Shown piece after piece: positions 63,102 through 64,000 of a stretch of DNA of 64,000 nucleotides. A program made the position numbers and the translations under genes. Each line of letters starts with the position of its first letter. Positions within the stretch are counted from its first letter, which is position 1. This DNA comes from an uncultured virus (IMG/VR IMGVR_UViG_3300011691_000001) (taxonomy: Duplodnaviria; Heunggongvirae; Uroviricota; Caudoviricetes). The stretch is taken from the IMG/VR virus record IMGVR_UViG_3300011691_000001; one strand, 5' to 3'. The notes beneath the pieces were generated by a model. The model was not told the DNA's origin. It worked only from the letters and a program-made list of their open reading frames with translations, and did no database searches.

Positions 63102-63971
63102 ATGTCTAAAGTTACCATCAAAGAATATAATGGTGGCGTGTCTTCAGGAGGAAAGAGTGAATGTGTAATCGATAATTTAGAGATTGTATGTGACACGTCA
63201 AAAGGAAAGCAGGAAGTATTAGTTTATATTAATAATGAGGTTGTTTTTGGTCGAGATTTTTCCAGAGTGGGAAGACTAATTAAAAATCATGTTCAAGTCT
63301 ATGATGAAAATTGAATAATAGGAATCTATTATAGGAACGGAGTAAATCAAGATGAATAACAAATTAAGTATTCGTATAAATGGCAAACTGTCTAATCGAT
63401 ATTCTAAGAGAGAAGTGGATAATTTGTTGTTTGCTATAAATGATTATATTGGATTAAATGATCAATTAAAGCAGCATATAAACAAAGGAGTGATTAAATG
63501 TTTAAAATTATTCCAGTAATGCAGTATCAAAACACATTCTCCGCAAATCTATACTTTCAAGGAAGGAATGTAGGAGGCATTGGTAAGGACAAAGAAGGGA
63601 TATATGTGAACTTAAACAAAAGACTCAATGTTTCTCAGATGTCTGAATTGATAAAAACTATTAATGGTATTAATGAGAACTTTGATAAAGAGGAATTGAA
63701 GTTTCAGTATGCTGAGGATTTTTCATAAAAACTAAATATTATTTAATACATAATGAAAGGAAGTATAATATCTATGGCGTCTTTAAACAATGAAACCAAC
63801 CCATATAAAACTGTTAAGAAATTCATTAAGGAACGTGGGTATAGTTATCATGTAGGTGATGTAGTGGAAGGTTACTATAAAAGACTTGAAGGCTATTATA
63901 ACAGCTATACTATGAATGACTGTATTGATCATTTAGAAGATGAGTTAAAGCAGTTGATGGACAGGTATTAA
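63102..63971 (+). other. Small hypothetical CDS (63102-63314, 63498-63728, 63753-63971)
   Basis: ORF track. Confidence 0.55.
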
Positions 63972-64000
63972 ATAAAAGGTAAGTATTATGGAAAGGAGTG

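Larger units (their letters stand above)
1..64000. mobile_element. SPbeta-like temperate phage/prophage region (whole window)
   Basis: Gene order tail spike-Dit-TMP-tail tube-capsid-protease-portal-TerL-TerS-HU-YonO RNAP matches SPbeta yom/yon cluster; followed by many short phage-type ORFs, YopX, YolD. Confidence 0.95.

Overview
AT-rich segment of a large SPbeta-like temperate siphophage (prophage or phage genome) from a Bacillaceae-type host; no host chromosomal genes, attachment site or CRISPR array are evident. Positions 1-35 kb hold the minus-strand virion morphogenesis cluster. It runs from tail spike, distal tail and tape measure through tail tube, head-tail proteins, capsid, protease/scaffold, portal and terminases to an HU-like protein and a YonO-type single-subunit RNA polymerase. 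Accessory insertions in this cluster include a PemK/MazF-like module, a free-standing homing endonuclease, two antirepressors, XRE regulators and a tyrosine recombinase. The tape measure gene is split by a 269-nt ORF-less group I intron. A ~1 kb non-coding region (35.5-36.5 kb) carries spaced direct repeats, DnaA-like boxes and a LexA-like box. From 36.5 to 44 kb small early/accessory genes run leftward, including a yonT-like type I toxin locus and an acidic-peptide + AP2 operon; from 44.5 kb to the end they run rightward (DUF262, SprT, SOS-boxed YolD-ligase cassette, YopX, macrodomain). Two window-wide motifs stand out. AAATACATAA is co-oriented with transcription, sits just upstream of sigmaA -35 boxes or RBSs, and flips at the 44 kb divergence. 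GGGGAG is almost exclusive to the + strand regardless of gene direction. All calls are by eye from the sequence and ORF track; no database searches were run.
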